The notes under the pieces were generated by a model. It searched no databases. It had not been told where the DNA came from and was given only the letters and a program-made list of their open reading frames with translations. 64,000 nt of DNA from Podarcis muralis. Its lineage: Eukaryota. The stretch lies in assembly GCF_964188315.1 (NCBI RefSeq), contig NC_135658.1, forward strand, positions 11,036,001-11,100,000, written 5' to 3'. This document shows positions 62,378-64,000 of this stretch, piece after piece. The position numbers were made by a program, and so were the translations under genes. The stretch's first letter is position 1. Every line of letters begins with the position of its first letter.

Positions 62378-63713
62378 GGCGGAGGCCGGCGACAAGGGCG
62401 CGCAGACCCAGCAGCAGCAGCGGCGCCGCTCGGGGAGGGTCTGGCTTCAAGGGCAGGGGGAGGTCCGCCCCGCAACACCGTCCCCCGCGACTCCCGGCCC
62501 GCGACGCAAAGGTTCCGCGGCGCTTTGGTTCCCTCGCCTCGGAGCCAAGGGCAAGGGCGGTCCCTCAGCGACGTCTTCCCCCGCTCCGCATTGCACGCGG
62601 CCAGCGACGCGGAGGTTCCGCGACTCTTTGGTTCCCCGCTTCCTAGCCGCCCTCCCAGGGCCGGATTGAGGTTTGATGAGCTACTGAAGGTAATGGGGCC
62701 CTTTATATGTCCAGCTGTCCTTTGTCAACAACAAATTGTCCCTGTTTTTTGTGCTGAATATATGCTAGATGGTAATTTATGGACCTCATAGGTATCTCAA
62801 GCTATTTGCACATAACAAAATATGTATTTTATCAAAGTAATTGCTGGACTGAAATACAGTAAAGAAGTATATTAATAGCAAAACACAATTAAGAAGTATA
62901 TTGTAGTGAGGACGCGGGTGGCGCTGTGGGTTAAACCACAAAGCCTAGGACTTGCCGATCAGAAGGTTGGGGGTTCAAATCCCTGTGACGGGGTGAGCTC
63001 CCGTTGCTCGGTCCCTGCTTCTGCCAACCCAGCAGTTCGAAAGCACGTCAAAGTGCAAGTAGATAAGTAGGTACCGCTCTGGCGGGAAGGTAAACGGCGT
63101 TTCCGTGCGCTGCTCTGTTTCGCCAGAAGCGGCTTAGTCATGCCGAGATGAGCGCCACAACCCAGAGTTGGTCATGACTGGACCTAATGGTCAGGGGTCC
63201 CTTTACCCTTACATCTCCTCTCAGTCTCCTCCTTTCCAGGCCAAACATACCCAGCTCCTTCAACCTTTCCCCATAATGCTTGGCTTCCAGACCCTTGATC
63301 ATCTTGGTTGCCCTCCTCTGCACACATTGCCAACATCCTTCTTAAATTGTGGTGCCCAGAATCAGAATTCCAGATGTGGTCTGACCGAGGCAGACTGGAG
63401 TGGTACTATAACGTCCCTTGATCTGGACACTAGACTTCTGTTGCTGCAGCCTAGAATGGCATAAGCTTTTTGCTGCTGCATCACAATGTTGTAGTTTACA
63501 CCAGAGGTGGGTAGATTCCAGCCTTCTACATTTTTTTTCTTTACTTGAACCTAGTGGTCTACCAACCGAAACCAGGTACCACTGAGCCTCTTCAGCTCGC
63601 CAACTGGAAGGTCGGCGGTTCGAATCCCCACAACGTAGTGAGCTCTTGTTGGTCTGTCCCAGCTCCTGCCAACCTACCAGTTTGAAAGCACGCCAGTGCA
63701 AGTAGATAAATAC

Positions 63714-63870
63714 AGTGCGGGGGTGTGGGGGTATTTGATCCCCTGCTAAATTTGCCCATTTGCCCTCTGATGAAGAAACGACCAGTCCATAATTTTAATG
63801 GTAGGTTTATTGTAGCTGTGAGAGACAGAATAACAGGAAAACCCCCAGAAACCCAGAAGACAAAAGTCAG
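63714..63870 (+). mobile_element. Tc1-like DNA transposon left-end fragment
   Basis: TA+CAGTG...GTATTTGATCCCCTGCT...ATAATTTTAATGGTAGGTTTATT resembles vertebrate Tc1 termini. Confidence 0.55.
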
Positions 63871-64000
63871 AGATTGATGTGCCTCTTCAGTCCAGCCTAA
63901 TTTAGGTGGAAAATGTTGTTTGGTTGATGTGAGTCAATGACCCGCAACCCGCGTAGGGTAAATAAGACACAAGGATACATGTATTTTAGGTTAATGGGCT

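Overview
This is squamate (lizard, probably lacertid) nuclear DNA with about half of the window made of transposable elements. It covers the vertebrate INTS4-KCTD14-THRSP-NDUFC2 syntenic block: INTS4 exons 1-6 (minus, continuing off the left edge), KCTD14 (2 coding exons, minus), an expanded THRSP/Spot14 cluster, and NDUFC2 (3 exons, minus). The THRSP cluster has three intact genes (27.9k minus, 34.8k minus, 48.6k plus) and a SINE-disrupted pseudogene at 45.0k (plus) that the ORF track does not reveal. Main highlights: (1) a young 686-bp hAT element with perfect 15-bp TIRs and an 8-bp TSD that carries what looks like the CpG-island 5' end and N-terminal coding sequence of RANBP9, just downstream of the KCTD14 stop codon (Pack-type gene capture). 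(2) THRSP-2 and THRSP-3 sit in head-to-head inverted arms of 3-4 kb whose identity falls from about 98% in the CDS to roughly 70-80% distally, which suggests gene conversion. (3) A Penelope-type insertion at 37.1k holds an intact-looking minimal type I hammerhead ribozyme. Gene and TE family names come from recall of known sequences, and identities are by-eye estimates; no database searches were run.
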